Origin: Pseudomonadota bacterium | GTDB taxonomy: Archaea; Thermoplasmatota; SW-10-69-26; JACQPN01; JAJPHT01 | Assembly: GCA_021325135.1 (NCBI GenBank) | Contig: JAJPHT010000029.1 | Span: 96,001 to 160,000 of the forward strand | Length of the DNA stretch: 64,000 bases | Direction of reading: 5' to 3' | In this document: positions 21,647-30,654 of the stretch, piece by piece | Numbering within the stretch: the stretch's first letter is position 1 | Layout of the letters: each line of letters starts with the position of its first letter | Translations under genes and position numbers: made by a program | The notes under the pieces: generated by a model | The model's database searches: none | What the model saw: only the letters and a program-made list of their open reading frames with translations | What the model was told of the DNA's origin: nothing

Positions 21647-23011
21647 ATGCGCGCCCTGCTCCTTCTCGTGATCCTCCTGGCCTCCGGCTGCGTCGCGCCT
21701 GCGGTCCACCCGGAGGAGAGGCCCGCGGGCTTCGCCACCCTCGCGGGGGTCGCAGGGCCGGTGAGCCTGGGGCCGCAAGCGGGGCACGCCATGGAGCCCT
21801 CCCTGGCGATGCGCGGCGACGCCATCGTGATCGCGGCGCACACGGAGATGCCTGGCACGGAGCCCGGCCAGGCGCGCGTGTTCGCCATCGTCGTCCACCG
21901 CTCCACCGACGGGGGCGCCACCTGGTCCTCCGCGCCCCTTCCCCGCGACGTGACCTCCCCCTTCGACCCGCTGGGCCGCATGCGCTACAGCGGCGACTCG
22001 GTCCTCGCCTTCGCCCCCTCGGGCGCGCTCTACCTGGCGGGCGTCGCGCTGGACGGCGTGGGCGACGCCGCGGTCCTGGGCCAGAACACCGACTTCACCG
22101 TCTTCGTCACGCGCTCCGACGACCAGGGCGCGACGTGGTCGCCCGCCGTGTTCCACGTCCGCGGCGCGGGCCCCGCCCTCGCGCTGGCCCAGGACAAGCC
22201 GTGGCTCAGCGTCGACCCCGAGGGCTCGCTGCGCCTGGTGTGGACCGAGTTCGTGCAGTCGCTCACCCTCATCCAGTACGCTCGCTCGGACGACGGCGGG
22301 GCCACGTGGAGCGCGCCGCGCACGCTGGCCCTCAACTCGGCCCAGGAGATGAACCAGGTCACCGGCGCCACCCTCGCGACGCCCGGCGGCGGGCGCGTCT
22401 ACCTCTCCTACACCGACATCCGCAACGAGCCGTGGCCCCCCACCGCGCCCGTCGCGAGCCGGCAGCTGGCCTTCTGGAGCGCAGACGGCGGCGCCACCTT
22501 CCAGGGGCCCCTCGTGGTGGGCCCCTCGGTCTTCCCGCGCTTCGGGCGCGTCGTCGCGGACCCGCGCGATCCCCTGCACGCCGCGGTGCTGGCCTCCGAC
22601 GACGCGGCCCAGCCCCGCGTGTACCTCCGCGAGACGCGCGACGGCGGCGCCTCGTGGGGCCCGCGCCTGGACCTCGCGCCGCAGCGCGCGGGCGCGCAGC
22701 AGCTTCCCACCGGCTGGTTCGGCCCCGACGGGAGGCTCCACGTCGCGTACTACGACGCGGGCTGGCCCGGCGGCGAGCGCGTCGTGCTGGACACGCTGGA
22801 GGGCGGCGCCCTCGTCGCGGAGCAGCCCGCGCCCGGCCCGTCCATCGCGCCCGGGCCGTACCGCCGCGAATACTTCGGCCTCGACGGAGAGGGCTCCCGC
22901 GTCTGGGCCGCCTGGGTCGCGGGCGACGGCGGCACGGGCGACTCCGTGGCGGTGCTCACCGGGACCGATGGCACGGGGACCTACGTCGCGGCGGCGCCGT
23001 TCGACGTCTGA
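21647..23011 (+). CDS. Sialidase-like (Asp-box/BNR) beta-propeller lipoprotein
   Basis: LASGC lipobox; repeated S.DGGATW motifs; DKPW. Confidence 0.85.
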   Translation: MRALLLLVILLASGCVAPAVHPEERPAGFATLAGVAGPVSLGPQAGHAMEPSLAMRGDAIVIAAHTEMPGTEPGQARVFAIVVHRSTDGGATWSSAPLPRDVTSPFDPLGRMRYSGDSVLAFAPSGALYLAGVALDGVGDAAVLGQNTDFTVFVTRSDDQGATWSPAVFHVRGAGPALALAQDKPWLSVDPEGSLRLVWTEFVQSLTLIQYARSDDGGATWSAPRTLALNSAQEMNQVTGATLATPGGGRVYLSYTDIRNEPWPPTAPVASRQLAFWSADGGATFQGPLVVGPSVFPRFGRVVADPRDPLHAAVLASDDAAQPRVYLRETRDGGASWGPRLDLAPQRAGAQQLPTGWFGPDGRLHVAYYDAGWPGGERVVLDTLEGGALVAEQPAPGPSIAPGPYRREYFGLDGEGSRVWAAWVAGDGGTGDSVAVLTGTDGTGTYVAAAPFDV

Positions 23012-23967
23012 TCGCAAGCGCAGGCCGCCGCGCGGCGCATGCGGCGGGCGCGCGGGATCGCGGAGGCGAGGGCGAGGACCAGCGCGGCAGCCAGGGCGGC
23101 CGTCCGCATGCGCGGGTCCCACGGCGCCGCGCGCACGCCCTGCACCACGAGCGCGAGCCCGAGGCCCAGGAGCGTCTTCACCGTCGCCTTCATCCAGCGG
23201 CGGCGCGCGAGGCCCAGGCTGGAGACGGCCTGCGCGCCCGCGGCGAGAAGGCCCAGCCCCAGCGCGGCGGCCCACGGCAGGGGTGCCATCAAAAGCGCCG
23301 CCATGGCGAGGAGGAAGACGGGGAACGTCGTGAAGCACCCCACGCAGAGCCGCAGGCCATTGATCCGGTAGACGTCCTTGCGGTACGCCTCGGTGTCGGG
23401 GTGGTGCGCGAAGACCTGGGGCAGCGCCAGGGGTGCGGCCTTGGAGGCCAAGGGGAGGAGGGCCAGCGCGGCGCACCCGCAGCCGCCGCACCCTCCGCAA
23501 CCCCCGCAGCCGCAGTCGCACGCGCCGCAGCTTCCGCAGCCGCACGGGTCGCCCCCGCCGCACGGGTGGCAGCAGGGGGAGCACGGGTCGCAGCACGAGG
23601 AGGGGCAGCAACACCCGCCCCCTCCGTTGTTGCACGTGCACGCGGGGCCGCTGCTGGCGGGGACGGGGCGCATGGCGGTGAAGAAGAGGATGAGGAGCAC
23701 CAGCAGCACGAGGACGCCCGACGCGTAGACCAGCGCGACGAGGAGCGTCGCCACGAGGGCGGTCTGCCCCGCGAGGACGGCCGCCACGGCGAGGTTCCCC
23801 TGCCGCTCGTGAAGGCCCAGGCCGAGGGCTGCCGCGCCGAAGACCAGGGAGAGGAAGAAGACCGCGGGGTCGGGGGTCACGAGGAAGCCCGCGAGGAAGC
23901 TCACCCACGCCAGCGCGCCCAGGACCAGGGCCGCGATGGCCTTCCCTGATGGAGCCTCCTCCGGCAC
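22981..23967 (-). CDS. Membrane protein with metallothionein-like Cys-rich insert and DUF2085-like segment
   Basis: Several TM helices; 21 Cys in 56 aa; HHP...RINGLRLCVGC. Confidence 0.7.
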   Translation of the reverse strand: MPEEAPSGKAIAALVLGALAWVSFLAGFLVTPDPAVFFLSLVFGAAALGLGLHERQGNLAVAAVLAGQTALVATLLVALVYASGVLVLLVLLILFFTAMRPVPASSGPACTCNNGGGGCCCPSSCCDPCSPCCHPCGGGDPCGCGSCGACDCGCGGCGGCGGCGCAALALLPLASKAAPLALPQVFAHHPDTEAYRKDVYRINGLRLCVGCFTTFPVFLLAMAALLMAPLPWAAALGLGLLAAGAQAVSSLGLARRRWMKATVKTLLGLGLALVVQGVRAAPWDPRMRTAALAAALVLALASAIPRARRMRRAAACACDQTSNGAAAT

Positions 23968-24045
23968 GCGCCAGCAAAGGGGCGGGGGGTCTTCAGCGTT
24001 TCACGCGTCGGCCACCTTCAAACCCGGGGGACGCGATGCGCGGGC

Positions 24046-24987
24046 GTGTCCGCCATCGTCGCGACAAGCCTGCGCAAGTCCTACGGCGAGGTGCGCGCCG
24101 TGGAGGACGTCTCGCTGGACGTGGCGGAGGGGGAGATCTTCGGCCTCCTGGGCCCCAACGGCGCGGGCAAGACGACGACGGTCCGCATGCTGGCGACGCT
24201 GCTCCGCCCCGACGCGGGCGAGGTGCGCATCCTGGGCCTCGACCCCGCGCGCGACCGCGTCGCCGTGCGGCGGCTCATGGGCATCGCGCTCCAGGAGACG
24301 GGCCTCGACGACCTCGCCACGGGCCGCGAGCTGCTCACCCTCCACGCGCGCCTCTATGGCCTCCCCCGCGCGCGGGCCCGCGAGCGCGCCCAGGAGCTTC
24401 TCGCGCACTTCGGCCTGGAGGAGGCGGCGGACCGCCGCGTCGGGGAATATTCCGGCGGCATGCGGCGGCGCATCGACCTCGCCAGCGCGCTCGTCCACTC
24501 GCCCAAGGTCGTCTTCCTCGACGAGCCCACCGTGGGCCTGGACCCCGCCGCCCGGGCGCAGCTCTGGGGCGCGGTGCGGCGCCTCAACCGCGAGGAGGGC
24601 ACCACCATCCTGCTGACGACGCACTACATGGAGGAGGCCGAGCGCCTCGCGGGGCGGCTGGCCGTCATCGACCGCGGCCGCGTCGTCATGGAGGGCACCG
24701 CAGCGCAATTGAAGGCTCGCGTGGCGAAGCGCGTCGTCACGCTGGCCTTGGACGACGAGGAGGGGGACTTCCCTCGGGTGGCCCGCGCCCTCGCGGCGAT
24801 GCCCGGCGTCCTGCGCGCGCTCCCCACGCCCGAAGGCGTCGTCGTCCACGTGGGCGAAGGCGGCCCCCGCGCCGACGAGGTGCGCGCCGTGGCCGAGAAG
24901 GAGGCGCGCGTCGTGGGCGCCACCTCCAACGACCCCACGCTGGACGACCTCTTCCTCACCACCGGCCGAAAGGAGGGATCGCAATGA
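24046..24987 (+). CDS. ABC exporter ATP-binding subunit (DrrA-like)
   Basis: GPNGAGKTT, YSGGM, LDEPT, TTHYMEEA. Confidence 0.93.
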   Translation: MSAIVATSLRKSYGEVRAVEDVSLDVAEGEIFGLLGPNGAGKTTTVRMLATLLRPDAGEVRILGLDPARDRVAVRRLMGIALQETGLDDLATGRELLTLHARLYGLPRARARERAQELLAHFGLEEAADRRVGEYSGGMRRRIDLASALVHSPKVVFLDEPTVGLDPAARAQLWGAVRRLNREEGTTILLTTHYMEEAERLAGRLAVIDRGRVVMEGTAAQLKARVAKRVVTLALDDEEGDFPRVARALAAMPGVLRALPTPEGVVVHVGEGGPRADEVRAVAEKEARVVGATSNDPTLDDLFLTTGRKEGSQ

Positions 24988-25751
24988 GCTTCCTCACCGC
25001 GACCGACGAATTGCTTCGCAAGACGCTGCGCCAGTTCCCTCGCGTGCCCCCTGATATCGTCCAAGCCCTCGCGATCCCGCTCTTCCTCTTCGCGCTCTTC
25101 TCGCTCCAGATGGCGGCCGTCTCGCGCCTGCCCGGGTTCCCGACGGAGAATTACGCGCAGTTCCTCCTGCCGCAGATCATCGTCTTCACGGCGTTCACCA
25201 GCGCGAACGGCGCGGGGTACGGCCTGGTGCTGGAGGCCAAGAGCGGGTATCTCGACAAGCTGCGCGCGATGCCCATCCCGAGGGCGAGCATCGTGCTGGG
25301 GCGCCTCCTCGCGGTGGGCCTGCGCGCCATGGCGCAGGCGCTTCTCGTGCTCGCCGTGGCGTTCCCCTTCGGCATCCGCGTCGCGGGCGGCGTCCTCGGC
25401 GTCGTGGGCATCCTGCTCCTCGCCGCGTGCGTGGCCATCGCGTGGGCGGGCATCATGTCCATGCTGGGCCTCCTCACGCGAAGCCCCGAGGCGGTGGAGG
25501 CCTCGACCGTGCTCTTCATCCCGCTCACGTACCTCACCACCGGCGCCATGCCCCTGGCGCTCATGAGCCCCGCCGTGCAGGGCGTCGTGCGCGCGAACCC
25601 CGTGACCTACGTCGTGGAGGGCATCCGCGCGTTCAGCCTTGACGCGGGCCTTTCCGTGGTGCACCTGGAGGCCTTCGCGTCGGGGCTCGCCATGGCGCTC
25701 GTGGGCGTCGCGCTCGCGACGTGGGCGATGCGGCGGCTCGACACGCGCTGA
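24984..25751 (+). CDS. ABC-2 type permease
   Basis: About six TM helices, GYLDKLRAMP, NPVTY; ATGA overlap with the ATPase gene. Confidence 0.9.
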   Translation: MSFLTATDELLRKTLRQFPRVPPDIVQALAIPLFLFALFSLQMAAVSRLPGFPTENYAQFLLPQIIVFTAFTSANGAGYGLVLEAKSGYLDKLRAMPIPRASIVLGRLLAVGLRAMAQALLVLAVAFPFGIRVAGGVLGVVGILLLAACVAIAWAGIMSMLGLLTRSPEAVEASTVLFIPLTYLTTGAMPLALMSPAVQGVVRANPVTYVVEGIRAFSLDAGLSVVHLEAFASGLAMALVGVALATWAMRRLDTR

Positions 25752-25881
25752 GCATGGGGACGGCGGAGCGTGGACTGTTCCTCCGCGCGGGCCCGCGGCC
25801 TCCGAGGGGAAACATATCACACGCGTGCAGAATCATTAAACCAGTTAGCGCCATTGGGTGCCGCGCCTGCGAGATGATATC

Positions 25882-26640
25882 ATGCGCGCCGACGACCTCC
25901 TCGTTCTCGACTACGCCGGCTTTTCCCGCCACACGGCCCTGTTCTACAAGAAGCTGGAGGCGGCGTCGTTCCGGGAGCTCTTCGTCCGCGACCCGGCGGG
26001 CGTCCTCTTCGACTCCCTCTTCCCCGGCTACAAGAGCCCGACCCCTGGGAAGATCAACCAGGCCAACCGCATGCTCTTCTCCCTCCTGAGCAACCCGAAG
26101 TTCATGGACTGGAGCAAGGGCTTCCAGAAGAAGCTCGAAGAGACGGCCCAGCGCGCCGCGCCGCAGGAGAAGCCCGGCGAGGCCATCAAGCTCTACACGG
26201 TCCAGGTGGACCGCGCCAAGCTCTACCAGGAGATCCTGGAGGCGACGCGGAGCTTCGCCGACGTGGAGTTCTTCCACTCGGCGTTCATCGCCGACCCCGA
26301 CGACAACCCGTGCGGGACCGTCCCCCGCCCCATCCCTCTCCCCAACCCGCCTCAGCCCCCCGTCCCGTGGCCGGACATCTCGATCATGCCGCGCTTCGGA
26401 GGCAACGAGGACGTCGCCGTGGAGGTCGAGACCCTGATCTACGCCGTCGCGGTGGCGGCGGTGGCCGTCGTGGTCACCGTCGTGGCCGTCGCCGGCATGC
26501 CCGCGGTCGAGATCCTCTCGCGCCAGGACCTTGCCAAGGTCACCGGGATCGCCGCAGAGCACCTGCAGGCGCGCGCCCAAGGCCTGCGCGAGTCGGGCAA
26601 GCTGACGTCCCACGAGGCGATCCGCGGCCGCCTGATGTGA
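25882..26640 (+). CDS. Hypothetical protein; candidate RiPP precursor (NHLP-like leader, GG, Val/Ala-rich core)
   Basis: FRELFVRDPAGVL; RFGG|NEDVAVEVETLIYAVAVAAVAVVVTVVAVAG; ends 4 bp before the radical SAM gene. Confidence 0.6.
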   Translation: MRADDLLVLDYAGFSRHTALFYKKLEAASFRELFVRDPAGVLFDSLFPGYKSPTPGKINQANRMLFSLLSNPKFMDWSKGFQKKLEETAQRAAPQEKPGEAIKLYTVQVDRAKLYQEILEATRSFADVEFFHSAFIADPDDNPCGTVPRPIPLPNPPQPPVPWPDISIMPRFGGNEDVAVEVETLIYAVAVAAVAVVVTVVAVAGMPAVEILSRQDLAKVTGIAAEHLQARAQGLRESGKLTSHEAIRGRLM

Positions 26641-26644
26641 GCCC

Positions 26645-27709
26645 ATGAGGATCTTCGATCCTCTTCCGGAGGGCCGGACGCTCTCGGTCATGCCGACCTT
26701 CCGATGCACCGCCGAGTGCGACCATTGCGGCACGTTGAGCAGCCCCCGGGAGAGCACCTGGCTCCCCCGGGACCTCATGCTGCGCGTCATCGGCGAGGCG
26801 GCGGACAACGGCTACAAGGTCGTGGTCTTCACCGGTGGCGAGCCCACGCTGGCGGGCGCGGACCTCCTGGAAGGCATCCGGCTCGCGAGGTCGCGTGGGC
26901 TCGTGGCGCGCATGGTGACCAACGGGCACTGGGCCGTCCACGACGCCGCGGCGGACCGGAAGATCGGCGAGCTCGTGGACGCCGGCCTCAACGAGATCAA
27001 CTTCAGCACCGGCGACCAGCACGCGCGCTTCGTCCCCATGGAGCGCGTGCTCCGGGGCGCAAGGGCCGCCGCGAAGGCGGGCCTCACCATCGCGATCATG
27101 GTGGAGACGGTCAACGAGCGCCGGATCACCAAGGAGACGGTGGAGAAGCACCCCGAGTTCCAGCGCCTCCTGGAGGAGCACCCCGACGCGCGGCTGAGGC
27201 TCCACGAGAGCCCCTGGATGCCGCTGATCCCCTCCAAGGTCTTCCGCTACCCCGAAGGCCTCGCCATCAACCGGGCGAACCTCGCGTGGCGCGCCGGGTG
27301 CGACAGCGTCCTGGGCACGACGACGCTCCAGGCCAACGGCAACCTGGGCGCGTGCTGCGGCATCGGGATGAAGAACGTCCCCGAGCTGAGCCTGGGGAAC
27401 GCCCGCGACGTGCCCCTCGCCGAGGCCGACGCCAAGGCGGGGGACGACTTCCTGAAGCGGTGGATCCGCGTCGAAGGTCCCGAGAAGATCCTCGACTGGG
27501 CCTCCCGCCACGACCCCTCCATCCAGTGGGAGGACATGTACGCCCACCGCTGCCAGGCGTGCATCCGCCTCTACACGGACCCCGCCGTGCGACGGGTGAT
27601 CCGCGAGAAGCACCAGGAGAAGATGGCGGACGTCGTGTTCGGCGAGTGGCTCCTCTTCAAGTTCCAGGGCGCGGACGACCCCGTCGTCGCCGCGCCCCCG
27701 GAGCCGTAG
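26645..27709 (+). CDS. Radical SAM protein, EpeE/YydG peptide-epimerase-like
   Basis: RCTAECDHC..SSP, FTGGE, TNGHWA, HARFVP, C...GACC, EG, CQAC. Confidence 0.8.
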   Translation: MRIFDPLPEGRTLSVMPTFRCTAECDHCGTLSSPRESTWLPRDLMLRVIGEAADNGYKVVVFTGGEPTLAGADLLEGIRLARSRGLVARMVTNGHWAVHDAAADRKIGELVDAGLNEINFSTGDQHARFVPMERVLRGARAAAKAGLTIAIMVETVNERRITKETVEKHPEFQRLLEEHPDARLRLHESPWMPLIPSKVFRYPEGLAINRANLAWRAGCDSVLGTTTLQANGNLGACCGIGMKNVPELSLGNARDVPLAEADAKAGDDFLKRWIRVEGPEKILDWASRHDPSIQWEDMYAHRCQACIRLYTDPAVRRVIREKHQEKMADVVFGEWLLFKFQGADDPVVAAPPEP

Positions 27710-27810
27710 CCCACGCCACCGGCCGCTGCGCAGAAGTGGGCAGCGGGAGCCGTTCCTCACGACGCGGTCACCGCAAGGTTTAGCATGCCCTCCCCGTGAC
27801 GCGGCCGCAG

Positions 27811-28761
27811 ATGCGCGCGCTCCTCCTGGCGCTCCTCGTGGCCGGCCTGGCCGTCGCGGGGTGCGTCAAGCCCGCCCACGACGCGAAGACCGCCGCCCCC
27901 GTGCAGGCCGCCGCCCTGATGCTGCCCCCCGTCAACGCCACGGGGAGCCTCGTCGTCGCGACGCTGTTCAAGGACCGCTCGCCGCTGGCCGACGTGAACG
28001 TCACCGTGGGCAACCTCAGCGCGACCTCCGACGGGAACGGCGAGGCGCGCTTCGAGAAGCTCGCGCCGGGCCTCTACAACGTCACCGCGAAGAAGGCCGC
28101 GCACCGCACCGCCATCGCGCAGGCGCAGGTCGTCGCGGGCCAGGAGGCGCGCGTCGAGGCCGTGCTGGAGGCCGAGGCCGGAAGCGTCCACAGCCACGAG
28201 CGCGGCCTCTTCGCGCACCGCGACCTCTACACGTTCCAGGGGCGCTTCGACTGCTCCGCGACGTACCTCATCGTGACCGGCGACTGCATGATCCTCGTGC
28301 AGAACGTGAGCGAGCAGGCGGGCGCGCCCCCGCCGCCCAACGTCACCACCGCGAAGAACGTCATCGAGTTCCCCCTGGACGCGACGTGGAAGGAGCTGGT
28401 CGTGGAGATGAACTGGACCGCGCCGCAGGTCGCCGTGGAGCAGGGCATGACCCTGGCCCTGGAGCCTGCGCAGGCGCCCGCCGACGGCCACGCCGCCAAG
28501 TACGCGCAGGCCTCCGGCGCCTCGCCGCTGAAGATCGACTTCCTGCCCGGCGTCAAGCACCCCACCGCGACCGCGCAGGACATGCCCAACCCCAACGGCG
28601 GCGAGGTCATCCGCGCCCGCGCGTTCGTCGAAGGCCTCCAGCACAACCCGGGCGGCACCGACTTCCTGGGCGTGGGCGTCGCCAAGGACCAGACGTTCAC
28701 GCTGCTGGTGAGCGTCTTCTACGGCGAGCCCGCCCCCGAAGGATATACCGCCCTGCATTGA
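27811..28761 (+). CDS. Lipoprotein with carboxypeptidase-regulatory-like domain
   Basis: VAGC lipobox; TSDGNGEARFEKLAPGLYNVTA. Confidence 0.75.
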   Translation: MRALLLALLVAGLAVAGCVKPAHDAKTAAPVQAAALMLPPVNATGSLVVATLFKDRSPLADVNVTVGNLSATSDGNGEARFEKLAPGLYNVTAKKAAHRTAIAQAQVVAGQEARVEAVLEAEAGSVHSHERGLFAHRDLYTFQGRFDCSATYLIVTGDCMILVQNVSEQAGAPPPPNVTTAKNVIEFPLDATWKELVVEMNWTAPQVAVEQGMTLALEPAQAPADGHAAKYAQASGASPLKIDFLPGVKHPTATAQDMPNPNGGEVIRARAFVEGLQHNPGGTDFLGVGVAKDQTFTLLVSVFYGEPAPEGYTALH

Positions 28762-28840
28762 ACCCGTCCGCGCAGGCGCCCCCTTGCCGCCACCGAAGGT
28801 TGAAGCGCCACCCACGGCGTCCTGCCGCGGGCACACCCCC

Positions 28841-29206
28841 ATGCGCTCCACCACGATCCTTCTGGCCCTCTCCCTCGCCGCCACCTTCCTGGCCTTTGCC
28901 GCCCCCGCCGACGCCTGCGCGGGCACCGCGTGCATCCCCGGCTGCACGCAGGACCGCTGCCCCCCCGGCTGCGGCGACAACATCGGCTGCTGCCAGCCCG
29001 GCAGCAGCATCGTGGAATGCTTCGTCCCCCACTGCACGCAGACCTTCTGCATCGACCTCCCGCCCGTGCCCCCCTGCGTGCGCCCGGACTGCATCCCCAC
29101 CTGCTACGGCCCCCTGTGCATCAACGACTGCACCTACCTCCTGGGCTGCCCCCCGAACCTGTGGTGCAACAACCTCTACTGCTACACGCCCCCGCCCCTG
29201 GCGTGA
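28841..29206 (+). CDS. Secreted Cys/Pro-rich peptide (18 Cys in about 96 mature aa)
   Basis: Signal peptide ending ADA|C. Confidence 0.75.
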   Translation: MRSTTILLALSLAATFLAFAAPADACAGTACIPGCTQDRCPPGCGDNIGCCQPGSSIVECFVPHCTQTFCIDLPPVPPCVRPDCIPTCYGPLCINDCTYLLGCPPNLWCNNLYCYTPPPLA

Positions 29207-29256
29207 GGAGACCACCCGCGGAACGCTTTTGACCCGCCCCCGTCTACCCGCCCCCG

Positions 29257-29937
29257 ATGGCCTACGCCTGGCTCGTGCCGGCCCTCGCCGGCGCCGTGAG
29301 CGCGGTCTTCGCCTCGCTGGTGTGGGGGCAGTTCTCCGCTCGGCGCCGGCCGTTCCAGCTGGCCTGGGCGCTGGGCCTCTCCGCCTACTCGGCGGCCTCC
29401 TTCATCGAGGCCTACGTGAGCGGCAACCCGTGGAGCGTCGCGCTCTACCGCGCCTACTTCCCGCTGGCGGCCGCCACCGTGGGCCTGCTGGGGTTGGGCA
29501 GCGTGCTCCTGGCGCGCGTCAACGCGTGGACCGCCCTCTACGCCGCGCTCACGGGCCTCGCCGTCGTCGTCGCGCTGGTGGGCCCCTTCGCGCTGCCCCT
29601 GGACTCCGCGGCCTTCGCGGACGCGGGGCCCAGCCTGGGTGCGGCGCCCGTGCCCTTCAGCAACCCGGGCCGCGTCGCGTTCCTCGTGCTCAACATCGTG
29701 GGCGGCCTCGCCCTCATCGTGGGCGCGCTGTGGAGCTGGTGGCGCACGCGCCGCGCGGGCGTCCTCCTCATCGGCCTGGGCGCCATGCTCCCCTTCGCGG
29801 GCGGCAGCCTCAGCGACCTCCTCCACGCCGACGTGCGCGTGCTGCTCCAGCTTCTGGGCATCGTCGTGATGTTCGCGGGCTTCCTGCAAGGCCGCGAGGT
29901 GCCCAGCCGTGCGGCGGTCGCGGTGCCTGAGGCCTGA
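29257..29937 (+). CDS. Multi-pass membrane protein
   Basis: Six to seven hydrophobic segments. Confidence 0.75.
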   Translation: MAYAWLVPALAGAVSAVFASLVWGQFSARRRPFQLAWALGLSAYSAASFIEAYVSGNPWSVALYRAYFPLAAATVGLLGLGSVLLARVNAWTALYAALTGLAVVVALVGPFALPLDSAAFADAGPSLGAAPVPFSNPGRVAFLVLNIVGGLALIVGALWSWWRTRRAGVLLIGLGAMLPFAGGSLSDLLHADVRVLLQLLGIVVMFAGFLQGREVPSRAAVAVPEA

Positions 29938-30645
29938 TCACACGTCCAGGGCCAGGTGCCCGCGCCCAAGCCGATGCAGCACGGGGAGCGACACGTTGTA
30001 GACCGGCACGCCCCCGTCGGTGCGCCCTTCCGGCGCGCCGTGGTGCGCGTGGCCGTGGAACGCGACGGTGGCGCCCCCTTCGTCCAGCGCCTGCCCGAGG
30101 CGGCTGGAGCCCAGGAAGCTGTGGATCTCCACGGGCTCCGTCGCCACCGTCTCCAGGACGGGGCTGTAGTGCGTGAGCGCGACCTTCGCGCGCGTGCCCA
30201 GCCCCTTCAGCGCGGCGCGGAGCGCCTGCGCCTCGACGACGCTCTCGGTGACGAACGCCTTGAGGGCGTCCTCGCCGAAGGCGCGCACCGCGTTGCGCCC
30301 GAAGCCGCCTGCGAACCCCTTCGCCCCCGCGAAGCCGACACCTCCGATCTCCACGGCGCCGCCGCGGTCCAGCAGGTGGACGCCGCCGCTGCGCAGGATG
30401 CGCGCGACCTCCGGCGCGCAGCCCCCCTCGTGGTCGTGGTTGCCCAGGACCGCGACGACGGGCGCGTCCACGCCGTGCACGGCCTCCAGCAGCGCCTCCG
30501 CCTGCGCGGGGCGGCCGTGGTCGGTGAGGTCGCCGCAGAGGAGCACGACGTCCGCGTCGCGCGCGGCGTCGGCGAGGAGGTCCGCGAGGCGCTTCGCGTC
30601 GTCCCGGTCGCGGGCGTGCAGGTCGGCCAGGGCGGAGACGCGCAT
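29938..30645 (-). CDS. Calcineurin-like metallophosphoesterase
   Basis: DLH, GDLTD, GNHD, THY, HGHAH. Confidence 0.9.
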   Translation of the reverse strand: MRVSALADLHARDRDDAKRLADLLADAARDADVVLLCGDLTDHGRPAQAEALLEAVHGVDAPVVAVLGNHDHEGGCAPEVARILRSGGVHLLDRGGAVEIGGVGFAGAKGFAGGFGRNAVRAFGEDALKAFVTESVVEAQALRAALKGLGTRAKVALTHYSPVLETVATEPVEIHSFLGSSRLGQALDEGGATVAFHGHAHHGAPEGRTDGGVPVYNVSLPVLHRLGRGHLALDV

Positions 30646-30654
30646 GGGCGCCCC

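Noticed and set aside
28841-29206. Sacti/ranthipeptide substrate of the radical SAM
   Set aside because: It has a Sec signal peptide, implying disulfides rather than cytoplasmic thioethers, and the enzyme looks epimerase-like with a better candidate substrate directly upstream.
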